This document shows, one piece after another, positions 32,500 to 46,299 of a stretch of 64,000 bases of DNA (position 1 is the first letter of the stretch; each line of letters begins with the position of its first letter). The DNA is taken from assembly GCF_009914755.1 (NCBI RefSeq), contig NC_060929.1. One strand, 5' to 3'. Source of the stretch: the human T2T-CHM13v2.0 reference genome, Homo sapiens. The translations under genes were made by a program, and so were the position numbers. Under the pieces are notes generated by a model that saw only the letters and a program-made list of their open reading frames with translations, was not told where the DNA came from and ran no database searches.

Positions 32500-34500
32500 A
32501 ATAGTGGGAGAAAAAAATGACATGAGGAGAAAGAGAGAGGTCATGGCAATCTTGATTGTCATTGTTGCTGGCTATCTTAAATGTCTCTGGGGACAATCTA
32601 ACCCAAACCCCACTTTCAATTCCTTGTTCCACTTCTCCACTCCATTCCAGCTAATCACACCTGAGGCTGCAACCAAGTTTTTTTTATTTTCTGGAATGGC
32701 AAAATCTCAAAAGTCTTTATTTTTCTTATCATTCTCTCTGGCCACAGCACCCTTTCCAGATAACTCTGCCATTCCCCACACTAGTGTTTCTGCCTTATGA
32801 ATACAATTATTTCTTCAATGTCTAAACTTCCCTGATGCATCACTGCTATCCGTAACCTAAATAGACCTCATAAATCACTTAAACCAGTGCTTTTGAATCA
32901 TTTGCATAGCATGATAGAAAAAATAATATTTTAATTAATTTTAACATTTTATTTTAATATTTTAAATGCTCAAGGCTACTTATGCCAGTGGAAGTAACTA
33001 GCCTGAGAGTTCTGGCTCCTCTTGCCATGCTCAGCCCTTAGAGGGCTAAGAGGAGCTTTATCTCAGCATCTAAGTGTGCTACAGCTACAAAAGACATTGT
33101 GAGTTTTTGTGGAGGAAAATTTTGGGAAGCTCTGACTTAAACTACTTTTTACTAGGACCCTCAACTCCCTTGCCTCCTTATTCTCCCAAACAACCTGCCC
33201 TCAGTGCTAGAGCAACATATTCAACTATGGATTTCTTCTGCTCTTCAACATAAATTCTTGAGCATTATGGGGAAAAGTCACATGGTAAGGGGGACTGGTA
33301 CCAACACAGGGTCTTGGTCTCTAACTTTGGATAGGTTCTGAAGATCAGCTGGCAATCTTTTGGTGAGCTCCTAAGCAACTCCATCTCCGATGCCATGTAA
33401 CAGCCTTTTAAACCTTCACCATTCTCTTGAAGATCTTAATCCTAAACCCTCAAAGACTCTTAGGCCCCCCTTCACAGAAAAATAGAGGGTATTAGGTAAG
33501 TGTTCTTTCAACTCTTGCTCTCTCCCAGAAAGACTTGTACCTGAATCCAGGAACTCCATCTTCTCTCAGGATTCAGTGAAGACTTACCCAAATGCAGGCT
33601 AATTCCTCCTACACACTCTCTAGATCCTACTTTTCTCTGAATTCCTTGAGGAAGCCTTCCCATAAATTATCACTTCATTTACTGAATTTAAATGCAGCCT
33701 GTCTATAAGCTGTTTCTTAGTCTGATAATTATGTTAAAATCTTTCTTAATTCTACATTTCCCTATTTCTCTTCATCCCACCATAGCCAAGCTTTGTGAAA
33801 GGATCAAGTGACATTCATTATCCTCTTCACCTCCTATTTACTCCTGAAATGGAAATGTTTCGCCTCCCTTCAATTCACTGAATCTGCTCCTGTCAAAATC
33901 ACTAATAACCTCCTAATTTCTCAACCCATTGGACGCCTTCCAGTCTTTAGCCTCCTGAACCCAACTTCGGCCTTCAAGACTTTTGACTCACTTTTCAAAC
34001 TCTCAACCTGCTTGCTTTCTGTGCTATGGTTCTTTTCTGATTTTCCTTCTATTTCTCCAGATGCTCCTTTTCAAAATCTGTTGTGAGTCCCTCTTTTTCT
34101 ACCACCACTCTTTTTTTAAAACTTAATATGCTCCAGATTTTATTATGAGCCATGTCTTCTCACTTTAAATACTTTCTCTGCAGTTCTTATCTAACCTAGT
34201 TGTAAATGCCCACTATAGGCAGGTTAAAACCTTTAGTTCTCTGTCTCTATCATTAGAATGTAAACATGTTGAGGGTAGGGAATTTTTCTTATCCCTCATT
34301 GTATTTTTAGCATCTAGCACATATTATGTGATCAGTATATATTTGTGGAATGAGTGAAGGAATTTTACATCTATATTTTTATCCCAGATGTTACTTTTAA
34401 GCGCCAGGATAGTTATCACATTGCCTACTTTCTGTTTCCGTTCAGATGTTCCTCACATGTCTCAAGTACATATTTCAGCCCAACCTCATCACACTTCTAT
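32500..34500 (+). mobile_element. Degenerate L2 LINE fragments
   Basis: Pyrimidine-rich L2 RT/3' like segments (ctcctgtcaaaatcactaataacctcc; tagcatctagcaca...atatttgtggaatgagtgaa). Confidence 0.6.
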
Positions 34501-34738
34501 ATGTTCCTTATGGTGTTCAGATAACAGTCACAAAGTGGGTTAGTAAGACACAGTGATCACCCAGCATTCTTATCATGATGTAGTTTGTGGTTCTCTGCTA
34601 TAAGAATTAACAGCTTGAAATGGAAAGTATAATGCAAGAATAATATTTCAGAATTTATTGATTCATACAAGGATACAAACATAACTCTTGAAAATATATC
34701 TAGGGCTTATTAATCTTGTAGTTTGGCCATACACTCAC

Positions 34739-34838
34739 ATCTTCCTCTATTTGAGCCTCCTGAAACTAATTTCAGCCTTTTGATTTGATTTTTGATCTGT
34801 TTAGAAGGACTGTCATATTTTCTCAACTCCTTCTCTTC
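34739..34838 (-). other. Candidate internal exon (100 nt, open frame)
   Basis: Weak acceptor tattattgtaaag|; donor GAT|gtgagt; reads EEKELRKYDSPSKQIKNQIKRLKLVSGGSNRGR. Confidence 0.3.
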
Positions 34839-35247
34839 CTTTACAATAATAGATGAGCTGCCAGCTCCTTCTGGAGGCCTTGGGTTTTGTCTTCCTCTCC
34901 CGAGTCTGGAGTGAATCCACATGCTACCTGTTCAAAGCTCTGAAGGCCTGCCTGGCTCATAGAATGTATCACCTACTATAGGAACTACCTGTTGATTTCT
35001 TTGTTTCCTGTACTACTTAATGAGCTTCTAGAGGACCAGAAGGTTATTCTGTTCTTATATTCTGTATGCCCAGAGAGAAGCATAGTGCCTGGCACAGAGT
35101 AAGTCCTTAATTAATAAATTTGGGTAAATAATGCTGGCAAGATGAGGGTTTTGTTAATGGGAGTGAGTAGAAAGAATAAAATTATACACAATTGAATGGA
35201 TCATTAGGTTAAATCATATGTTTTAATTCAGAATATAACTTATTTGC

Positions 35248-35528
35248 CACCGGGCGTGTGGCTCACACCTGTAATCCCAGCACTTTGGAAGGCCGAGGCA
35301 GATGGTGATCACCTGAGGTCAGGAGTTCGAGACCAGCCTGACCAACATGGTGAAACTGCATCTCTACTAAAAATACAAAAATTAGCCGGGCGTGGTGGCG
35401 GGCGCCTGTAATCACAGCTACTTGGGAGGTTAAGGCGGGAGAATCCTTGAACCCAGGAAGCAGAGGTTGCAGTGAGCTGATATTGCACCACTGCACTCAG
35501 CCTGGACAACAAGAGTGAAACTCCGTCT

Positions 35529-35600
<72 letters not shown>
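35248..35600 (+). mobile_element. AluSp/Sq-like with long A plus (TA)n tail
   Basis: cagcctgaccaacatgg; tail of A-run then (TA)n from about 35565 to 35600; TSD cttatttgc. Confidence 0.93.
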
Positions 35601-35602
<2 letters not shown>

Positions 35603-36429
35603 TATTTGCTTATATTTGCTGATCTTCCAAAGGGATCAATAAACTCATCATCTGTAAGCTTAATAAGGATAAGAATAATGAAGGAGAGTTCTTTAATCCA
35701 GCCAGTATCATAGCCACCTCAGATTTGGCCACTGTTCTGCACAGCTCCTGAATGTGACAGAGTAGGTCTTCACCTGCATTTTCCTTGGCACTCTCCTTTT
35801 TTGCATTTCCATGTTTTCTAAGGCTTTTTGCCTGAAATGTGGTCCTGATGACTAGAATTCTGGCGGCCATTGTGGAGCTTTAAGAAAAAGGTGAACAGAA
35901 TCACAGGAACTTCTGCACTAACATTTTTAAGCCATGAACAAGCAACTACCTACCTCTACACTTCTTATTACAGGAGAAAAATAAGTCCTGATGTGCTTAA
36001 GTCACTATGACTAACAATAGTCATATTCTTAGCTAATAGAATAGCCAACTACATAATATTATTTTAAATGTTTTGAGACATTCCTATCACCTGCACTCCT
36101 ACCTCCCCACATTCTTACTGGATTCCCTCAACACACACACTGACACAGCACAGCACACATACCCACCCATATACACATATCCCATTCATCAGTTGGCCAA
36201 AGCCTGAAATTCCACAATTTGAGACTCATTTTCTTAATTTTAGTCTTTGATCTGCTTCAAAATATGAATGACCTTTGAATTAGTAGCACTTAACTTTAGA
36301 CATTCATCCTTCCACAAACTTTTATAGCTTGTTTATTGTGTTGCCTGGCACTCTGATATGTATCTGAAAGTAAAGAAGATACAGTCACTGCCCTGAGGAG
36401 ATTATACTCCAGTGATAAAGTCATTCCCA

Positions 36430-36600
36430 GGCCGGACACAGTGGCTTATACCTGTAATTCCAGCACTTTGGGAGGCCAAGGCAGGTGGATTGGTTAAGCT
36501 CATGAGGTTAAGGCTGCAGTGAGCTGTATTCTGGCCACTGCACTCCAGCCTGGGTGACACAACAAGACCCTGCTTCAAAAAAATATTAATACAATAAAAA
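36430..36600 (+). mobile_element. Monomeric old Alu (FAM/FRAM-like or internally deleted AluJ)
   Basis: Left-arm start joined to right-arm end; about 170 bp; decayed TSD aaagtYattcYca. Confidence 0.8.
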
Positions 36601-37341
36601 TAAAGTTATTCTCAAAAACTAACATTAAAATAGAGTCTCTGTGCTTGGAAAGAAGCATTAGCTTGTATTATTGAGGCACAAGAAAGGCATATCAAATTCA
36701 TTATGGTGGGCAAAAGAAGATTTCCCAGAGGAACTTTCATTTTAGTTGAATGATCAGGACAAATAAAAGCTGGAGAGCTATTTGTTCAGTGGGAGTGGCA
36801 GTGTGCAGGGAAAGCATAAGAGGGAAGAGATCAGCAGGGGGGAATTCTGGGCATGGTAAGCATGGGAAACAACACATTTCAGCCTGACTGACCCATAGGG
36901 TATACCCACAAGTGTGTTGTAGGAGAGAAAAAGGAGGAGTCTTATATAAAATTTTATGACTTTAAACTTATGCCAGAACTTAAAGAAAACCATGAAGTAT
37001 TCTAATATATGTTACAACATGATTAGATTTGCATTTTTGAAAGATTCTACTTTTCAGTAATGTGCAGAAAGAAATACAGAGGGATAAGTCATGAGACAAT
37101 TAGTACAAAGTGGTTTATCTCAGAAATCCAAGTAAACAGTGATCAAAACCTATAGAAGTAGCAGAAACCATGACAGTATAGTTGGTAAGGGGGCAATTAT
37201 TAGGAAATACTTATGAGATCAGATGGACACGACTTGGTAAACAACCAGATTGAAAAGTATAAAAGCAGAGGAGTTGGGAATGCTACCTAAGCTTCTCACT
37301 TGACCAATAATAATATTTATAACTACCCATACTAAAGCTTG

Positions 37342-37497
37342 ATTTTTTATTTGAAACAGGGTCTCACTCTGCTGCCCAGGCTGGAATGCAGTGGCACAAT
37401 CATAGCTCACTGTGACCTCCAACCCCTGTGCTCAAACAATCCTCCTGATAGGCTCCCAAAGTGCTGGAATTACAGGCATGAGACACTGTGGCTGGCC
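37342..37497 (-). mobile_element. Monomeric old Alu (FRAM-like)
   Basis: Antisense single-arm J-type Alu. Confidence 0.8.
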
Positions 37498-39718
37498 TAA
37501 AATTTTAACATATGCCAAATAAGTAGAAAAGGTGACATTTGAACACAAGCCTCTATGACTCCAAAGCCTGACAGATAAGTCAGCATTGCCTGCCAATGCC
37601 AGACCACTGACATTGCCATATATCAAAATTACAAAAAAGCACTTTGGGGATAAATAACAGAGAGGACAGTTTCACCTTATTCACTTTTTTCACTTTTGCA
37701 TGTTCTATATGAAGACAAAATCTTAACATAAAATTTCTCACTGTATTTCCAAAATCTCAACTCACTATGGGTGCAAACACTTTCTGATAGAGACATTAGA
37801 GGCTTATAAATAGTATATGTCCAGCTCAATTGTGTAAAATCCCATAACAGAGACTTAGATATGCCTGGATGGGGTTAAATGTAAGTGATCGGTTTCAAAA
37901 GGCTCTTCTGAAAAATAACAAATATGCTGGTGCCAATGATATTTCATTTTGTTCTCACTTCTTCCCTTGCCTCATCAAGTCTGAATTTCCAGTCATTAGT
38001 TACTATGGAATGTGGACTTCTCTCAAATGAGGTTTCAACCTGACACCATCACTATTTCACCTTTCCATAGCTGCAATAATTTCAGGCATCCATATAATAA
38101 CCAACACTAGAGATGTGTAAATAATCTGCCACAGTCCGTCAGTGATTAGGATTGTTTGTCTAAAAATGTCCTTAGGTCAGCTAGCAGGATGCTGTTCTTC
38201 TAACCTCTTCCCATTCTGCTTTTTGTTTTTATGTCATTTGCTCACTTCTCACAGGATGTGAATTTGACTGCAATGTCACAGAACCGTTAAGAACTTTGTA
38301 GAATTAAGACCGTACAGCACAGCCCATATTTCATTCATCCTTAATCCTCAAATGAAGTCTGTTAATATTTATAAAAGATGTCTACATTAATGATTCCTTC
38401 TTCTTCAAAAGGCAACTTCTCAGTCATAAAAACTTGGTTTACATTTTTTTCCTTATTTTTCCTCAGAGTGACACTATTTATAAGAAAAGAAAAGCTGGTT
38501 CATGCCAAGAAGAATGGAGGGAATCCTTGGCTGTCTAAATTTGCTAATCTCATGAAATAGCAAATATTTGAAACCGCTTCAGCTGATCCCCAATTTATCA
38601 CACCCATGCAGACAAAAATCACTGACATTGAAAGTTATAATCCTGCACAATCTTATAATGCATATTTTGTTCACTAGACTGATAATGAGTTCTTTTTTAA
38701 AGTATCACTGATTCAGCCACAAGTCACTGGCTGTCAAAAAATGGCAGATTGCTCTTCTGATAAAGTGACACCATACGAAATACATCTTTGAACATAGGCT
38801 GCTTTTTAAATTGTAGAGCTCACACCTAAGGAAGCAATACCATTAATTGGAAAATGTCTTAAGATCACAATGTGTTGCAACAATGGAGTATCCAGTTATG
38901 GGTTTTGGACAACAGGAATAAAAGAAAACAATGTTAATTTTCTATTCAGTCCAAACAAACCATTAAGTACTTTGTTAATGTGTTTAATTTTTCTTTCCCC
39001 AGTCCAGCAGTAGCACAAATGCTGCCACTCTGAAACTTTCTCTATTGTAGTAAGATTCTTGTTATACAGTTCTCTGGCTTCAGTTCTAACACATTATTTT
39101 ATTGCCTCCGTTACTTAAATATAATCATTACCACTCTTCCAAAACTGCCATGAGGCCTGCACTGCTTGGAAGGAGAATGAGGGTTTGATTTCCTTTGGGC
39201 AGGAGAGGGAAACTGGAGAAATCCTATTTTCTCCAGTTAGACTCACCAACCTGCATGTCCTATATGACAGACAGACTCCTGCTGTAAGGGTCTAGATTCA
39301 GACTCTTTCCCCGACATTGCTTGTTTGGGATCTTCATCAGTCCCAAAAGAGGCACACTAAATGTCTTATCCTGAATGTAAAATTTAAGTTGAAGCAAAGA
39401 GAAATGAGAAGGATGGTAACATCTACCTCACCAGCCAGACCAGTTGAATATATCCTGGAAATGAACAAGGGGTTAGTGTTGTAGCCAAATCACTTCACAT
39501 CTCTCTATTTAATCATTTTCAAATGCAATGCTTTAGGATTTACCAATTCTAATTTGAAAACAGCTGTATTCTCCCATCAAAGGTATCTAACTCGAAAATC
39601 AATTTTGGTGAGGATTGCTAAATAGCACAGCTTGTGTATTTATCACAGGGCAATAGTAGTAAAACTCATGCACATAAATTGAAATATGGCCATTCTCATT
39701 TCTAAAAATACAAGTATT

Positions 39719-40002
39719 GGGCTGGGCACAGTGACTCACACCTGTAATGCCAGCACCTTGGGAGGCCAAGGCAGGCAGATCACTTGAGGTCAAGAGTTCA
39801 AGACCAGCCTGGGCAAAATGGTGAAACCCCATCTACTAAAAATACAAAAATTAGCCAGCATGGTGGTATGCACCTGTAATACCAGCTACTTGGGAGGCTG
39901 AGGCAAGAGAGTTGCTTGAATTCGGGGGGCAGAGGTTACAGAGAGCAGAGATAGTGCTACTGCACTCCAGCCTGGGTGACAGAGGAAGACTGTCTCAAAA
40001 AT
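39719..40002 (+). mobile_element. Alu (old S/J)
   Basis: TSD taaaaatacaagtatt at 39703-39718 and 40003-40018. Confidence 0.93.
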
Positions 40003-41081
40003 TAAAAATACAAGTATTAAATGCGTTCTAGTTATAATACTTTCTATGTTTCAACATTTCTAACTTATCTTTCCTAATTTTATGGTAGAATCCTCTAGAC
40101 CTTCATAAAGACAAAGATTACCCATGGAATTCCCTCCCAGTGTTTTCCTGGGGGGCTGAAAATGAAAATAAGCAGAATTAAAGTTAATATCTCATGAGTT
40201 TCATCTTTTGATGAAGACCCAGCCAGCCGCAAACATTGCTTCTCCCCTCACCCCCATCCCAGTGCCTCCTAATCAGTCAAGGACTCAGTTCAAAGTGTCT
40301 AGTTCAAGACAAAAGGGAGTTTGAAACATTTATTCAGAACCAAAATGAATGTATCAAGTTTGGTTTTTGCCAACTGTGCAAATCCTTTTCAGTGCATGCA
40401 ACATTTATACTGAACCAGCCTAACAGGCAAGGTCCCATGTCAGATCCTGTAGAGGCAATACAATTGAATGTGTAGACAGGAACCTAGATTTATCAGGGGA
40501 ATACCCAAGTATGCAAATAACTGCAATAAAATGATATGCAACTTTCAGCTCTCAGGTTAAATATTACTTCTTCAGAAAGGCTCATCTCTTTCTAAATCTA
40601 AATGAATCTTCTTTGTTAGCATTTCTCTTATACTTTTGTTTTTCTTCATAACAATTGCCACAATATGTTATTATATATTTACTTCATATTAGTTTGTCTC
40701 ATATGTCTTCCCCAGTTAAGGGTAAGTTCAAGAAGGCACATTTTTTTTCTCCTTTTTCTCACTGTTACTCAGATTAACACAATGATTGTCACTGTCAAAA
40801 GAAAAAATAAGCAAATGAATGCAAAAACTTGATTCAATTAGTGAGAGTGAAGTATAAATAAAATGCAGTTAATTGATTTGGGAAGCCTTAGGAAGATTTC
40901 ATAAAGGAAGGGAAATTTCTGTAACTAGGATTTCAATATTTGAAAGGAAAGGAAAAGAATGTATCCCCACTGGCTAAAAGAAAACTATAAACAAAAGCAG
41001 AAAAGGGGAAAGTGCAAGGCTAGATTCCTAAATGAGCTAATAAATATCACATGCCAGATTTGTTTTTCTATAGCTACTTAC

Positions 41082-41146
41082 CAAAAAGTACATTTTAATT
41101 TTAAGATATTTGGGTCTTGATTGTTCCACAAAATCTATACAAGACT
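41082..41146 (-). other. Candidate internal exon (65 nt, open frame)
   Basis: Acceptor tgcttcttttag|; strong donor TTG|gtaagt; reads xSCIDFVEQSRPKYLKIKMYFL. Confidence 0.38.
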
Positions 41147-41282
41147 CTAAAAGAAGCATTGTTTTTAGCAACTGAAAACACCATGAATAGTAAAATCATT
41201 AAAAATAATGCCACCAAAGGAAAAAAATTTCTGATATTTATTAGGACATCATTTAGGACACAAAATGCTATGTCAGTTTTGC

Positions 41283-41328
41283 CTGCAAAGTAAGAAATTT
41301 CCTGCATTTTTGGTTGATGGCAGGTAAC
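41283..41328 (-). other. Candidate exon with good acceptor, 3' boundary uncertain
   Basis: Acceptor tgatttctttcag|G; only a weak CAG|gcaaaa donor at 41282, or the exon extends to the 41081 donor. Confidence 0.3.
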
Positions 41329-42429
41329 CTGAAAGAAATCACAGCATTGGCAAAATAATTGAACATCCATGTGGCATTAAGATTACAATCTAAAAGTATA
41401 TACACACCAATATATAAAAGAATATTTTGTTAAGAATGGGGACACCTTAGCTTCATAAGAATAATCCATTTGAATTTGTAAGTCTTGATCCAGCTTAGAA
41501 CTCTGAATCTTATTATCAAACTTCTTAGATGCTTTTTTTCACTCTCTTCTAAAAGAAATTAAAATACCCTATTTCCATCTGGATTACAAAAACAAAAATA
41601 ATGGCCTTTTCACTAAGTTTAGTGTTAAAATAACAAATTAGTATGAGAACACCATGTGTGCCATTGCTACTAATGTATTTGAAAGCTTCAGAAATTTATC
41701 CAGACATATTTACTAAGAAACCATTTATTAAGCAACTACCATGTGCTACATACTGTGCTAGAGCTGGGCATATAGTCATAAATAAGACAACAAGTCTTGT
41801 CCTTTTGGATATTACATTCTACTCAGGTAAAACAGTAGCAGTACAGCACAACACAGATAGTACAGGCAGTAATAAAAATAATTACAGATAGTGATAAAGA
41901 TCCTAAAGAAAATAAGACAGTAATAAAATTATATTAGACCATGTACAATCAAGGGAATCATCTAAGTATTTGAAACAAAGATAATGAATTAGTGGAAGAG
42001 CTTAAAAGTCAATTAGGACAGTGAAACTTCCCAGAGATTAGCAAAAGCAGAATGTCCTTACTACTCTTAGGTTGGAGGAACAAAGGAAGGAGGTCATGTT
42101 ACCAGTTTCTAAGGCTTGGGGTCATCTGGAAGAAGCTGGAATCACAGTACAGGTGGAATGGAAGTGCAATGGAAGAAGTGGAACCACAGTGAAGGTGGGA
42201 ACTGGAGGCATGAAGAAAACACAGGTAGTGCTGGAGGCACCATTAATAACTATGGATAGCATTTTCTCCTTACAAATGTATGGGGTAATCAATACACATA
42301 CCAAACAACAGGAAAAAAAATCTGTTTTAATTATAAAAAGTTTTAGGGAGCACTAAATGAACTTTTAAATTATCGTATATCATATATTCATTTCTTCAGG
42401 AAGTAGTTCATAAGAATCTGCCATGTGCC

Positions 42430-42821
42430 TATACACCATGGAATACTATGCAGCCATAAAAAAGGATGAGTTCTTGTCCTTTGTAGACACATGGATGAAG
42501 CTTGAAACCATCATTCTGAGCAAACTTATCACAAGGACAGAAAACCAAACACTGCATGTTCTCACTCACAGGTGGGAATTGAACAATGAGAAAACTTAGA
42601 CACAGGAAGGGGGACATCACACACCAGGGCCTGTCATGGGGCTGGGGGAGGGGGGAGGGATAGCATTAGGAGATATACCTAATGTAAATGACGAGTTGAT
42701 GGGTGCAGCAAACCAACATGGCACATGTATACATATGTAACAAACCTGCACATTGTGCACATGTACCCTAGTACTTAAAGTATAATAATAAAAAAATAAT
42801 AAAAAAAAAGAAAGAAAAAAA
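42430..42821 (+). mobile_element. 5'-truncated L1 3' end, L1PA6-like
   Basis: gacgagttgatgggtgcagcaaaccaacatgg; A-rich tail; 18-bp TSD with 2 mismatches at 42412-42429 and 42822-42839. Confidence 0.93.
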
Positions 42822-43090
42822 AAGAAACTGCCACGTGCCAAGCATCATAGCAAGTATTGAGGATCCAACTGGGATACGGTACTAGTCATGCACCTTGACC
42901 ACCTAAAAGTTAGTAATTGGTGATAATATCATTGTAATTTCTAGGACAGCTATATCAATGCTTTGTATGTAGTAGGTGCTCAATAACTGTCAAATGAATG
43001 AACAGGAATTTCATTTATTTATTTCATCAAAATGAATAAATTCCAGTTATTGGTAACTTTCAATAACTAAAAAAGTATATTAGAATATTC

Positions 43091-43399
<309 letters not shown>

Positions 43400-45374
43400 T
43401 TAAACAGAAAACTGACTTTATTCCCTTAAGGTATAATTGTTAAAAGAGTTGAAATGGTTCCTGAAAAATAGTACATCACTGAGAAAAAGACATAGAAACA
43501 TTTAAAAATTAAACCTTTGAGCAGATTTGGAAAAGAAAAAGCAAAACTAAACAAAACAAAAGCCTAACTGGCTTCTTCCGTAATAGGGAAGTATTGGCTA
43601 TTACTGGGGGAAAACAGTACAACCACCAATCCGATAATCAAGTACTTGTTAAGACCCTTATATAAAATGCTATCATTTTAAACAGTGTGATTTAATGTGG
43701 AAGCAAATTAGCATAACATATAGAATAGAAAGGATATTGTCAGTTATCTTCAACATGTCTCTGCAAATTATACCCAAAATTCACTTAATAAGAACTTTTA
43801 AGATATGTAAATATGCCAAAGATCTAGTGTTTTCTATGAGATTATATACTTTTTTCTCATTTACCCTACTCTCATGGCCTTTCATACATATAAACATTGT
43901 CTAGCATCACGTATTGATCGGCATATAGTTGGGGATAAAGTGACAATCTCTTCTTATTAGCTATGGTATGATCAGTAAGCTAGTTATCCAACAATAATGC
44001 TTACTATAGTAATGTATGAATGTCTTGAAACCTGAAATTCTCTAAATGTTTGGTGATCTAAATATTAAAACATTATATTTTTTGAAGAACCAAGCCAAGA
44101 TTAATGAAAGAATAACCAAATAAATGGGTCTATATGCCAGTCTTGTGCTAGATACTGGAGAATACTATATAGAAACACTATCTAAAAACAATGATGAAAA
44201 TTTTAATTTTCATAATTTTACATAATTGTATGCTAAAATTATTTTTTTAACTCACAAGAGAGAAATATTCCACCAAATCTAGTCAAATATCTGCTTATCT
44301 GAGGAAATAAAAAGAGTTCATTGTATCCAGATTTAGGATAAATCTGTTACTGCAAGCAGAGGCATCTGTTGTTACTAGCATTGTGTGTGTGTATGTGTGA
44401 ATATGAAGTGAATATGAATTTTACTTTCATAAGCTTTTTTTTTTCATCTAATTTCCAAATTCACAGTTGTGGTGAGATTTAAAGGGAATGAGTTCTCCCA
44501 AAACTCTAAAGAATGTAGCATTTAACTAAAAAGAACTGTAAATGCTGAGAAACAATGTGCTTCTGTGCTTATTCAGCCCAGTAACTCTGAGTTTTAACAC
44601 AGTAATATAGCAGTCTTATATTTATGAGAAACCGAAGACCACTACAACTCTTTGAGGGCAGGAATATACCAAGTAATTCTGAAGCATCTGCAGGCATACC
44701 AGGATGAAATGGAGTCAGGAATCAAAAAAGCAGGAAATATATTTTTTCCCTTAAAATTAAATATACCCAAAGGAAGTGGCTGCCGTGATGGCAGATTATC
44801 GCGGTTGACGTCCAAACATTTAACCTGGACTTAGTTTCCCTCATTGTCAGTATAAGGATTTGCACACACACACTACAAGGTTGCATCTATATAGCTAAGT
44901 CTTTGGCAGAGTAGTCAGGAGTGTTGATTCTGGAGGTACTCAGGACCAGGTTCCATCCTGGCTCCACCACTTTCCAGCTATGGGAACCTGAGTAGGTGGT
45001 TCACCTTTGCAAATGTGGTCACTTTCTTGAAATGGTGAGGGGAGTGGAAGATGAAGCTTATCTGCCCACTACTGAGGGTTTTTTCAAGGTCCAGAGATCC
45101 CCTGTACTGGCCTCTCTCCATGTTCTACTCACTCTACTCCACCTCTTGGGATATATTTCTCTGATTAGTAAATTTTGAAAGAATAACTGTTCATACTCAA
45201 CTCCAAGAAGCAAGCATGTGCATAGAAATCAGAGAACAAAGATATGTTCTGCACTTCCATGTCCTAAATCTTACCTAGGGAGGCTGTCCCAGTTCAGCAT
45301 TGTCATAATTGGTGGGTAGGACTTAAAGCCACATCTTCTAATATGTCCTCTATTTTTTTTTTTTGGAAAAAAAA

Positions 45375-45550
45375 TCTACTCAGGAGGCTGAGGTGGGAGG
45401 ATTGCTTGAACCGAGGAGTTTGAGGCTGCAGTGTGCCGTGATTGCACCACTGCACTCCAGCCTCGAACTCCTGGGCTCAAACGATCCTCCGACCTCAGCC
45501 TCCTGAGTAACTGGGACTACAGGCAGGCACCACCATGCCCAGCTGATTTG
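45375..45550. mobile_element. Fold-back AluJ right-arm chimera
   Basis: Sense right arm 45375-45463 fused to antisense right arm 45458-45550. Confidence 0.88.
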
Positions 45551-45901
45551 TTTATACAAAAAATTAATATCCCCACATTACTTATTCCTCAAAGTCCATG
45601 TTTCTCATGTAGTGGTGGTATTCAGACCACCGGCATTAGAATCTCCAAAAGCCCTTATAACAAATAAAGATTCCCAAATTCACTCAAACTAATGAATCAA
45701 AATCTGTAGGAATGTAGCTCAGGACTCTGTATTTTTAACAAAGACATCATGTGATTCTTAAGATTCATAAAGTTTGTTGTATTTTAACACATTGGAGTCT
45801 AGTGTAAGATGCCAATATAAAATGGAAGAGGAAACATGTTAACTCAGTTATTATTATCTGCTAGCAATTCAATTTGTTGAATTACACTGAATTGTACTTA
45901 C

Positions 45902-45990
45902 TGTCAGATTATTGAGATTTATTTTTCTTTTTTGTATCTCAGTTCTGTTATCCCGTATTTTAATATAAAGTAGTTGCTGGTAAGATATAA
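45902..45990 (-). other. Candidate internal exon (89 nt)
   Basis: Acceptor tcctatattttttttctttaaag|; donor ACA|gtaagt; one open frame xISYQQLLYIKIRDNRTEIQKRKINLNNLT. Confidence 0.45.
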
Positions 45991-46299
45991 CTTTAAAGAA
46001 AAAAATATAGGAAAATCTACTTCCAGAACTTCTCTGTGTATGTGGAAACAAGAAGCAGTTATTCCAATGTGCCTTTTAGTTACCAGATGTAAGGTGAATA
46101 TGCACCCCCTGTCATGGACACTAGCATAACCGAGCCTTTTTTAACTTTGAGTAGTTCAACGTAAGGATAAAAATCCTACCTCCTGATCATCAAGGGTCTT
46201 CGGATGAAACAAAGTGTCTATAGACTTTTGAGAAAAAACTGATTCTGTCATATACATGCGCAAAACAAAACAAAGTGGGCCTGACGAAGATTTCCCAGC

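Noticed and set aside
37766-37783. Possible 18-nt minus-strand microexon KVFAPI (tctatcag|...ATA|gtgagt)
   Set aside because: Weak pyrimidine tract and too short to distinguish from chance.
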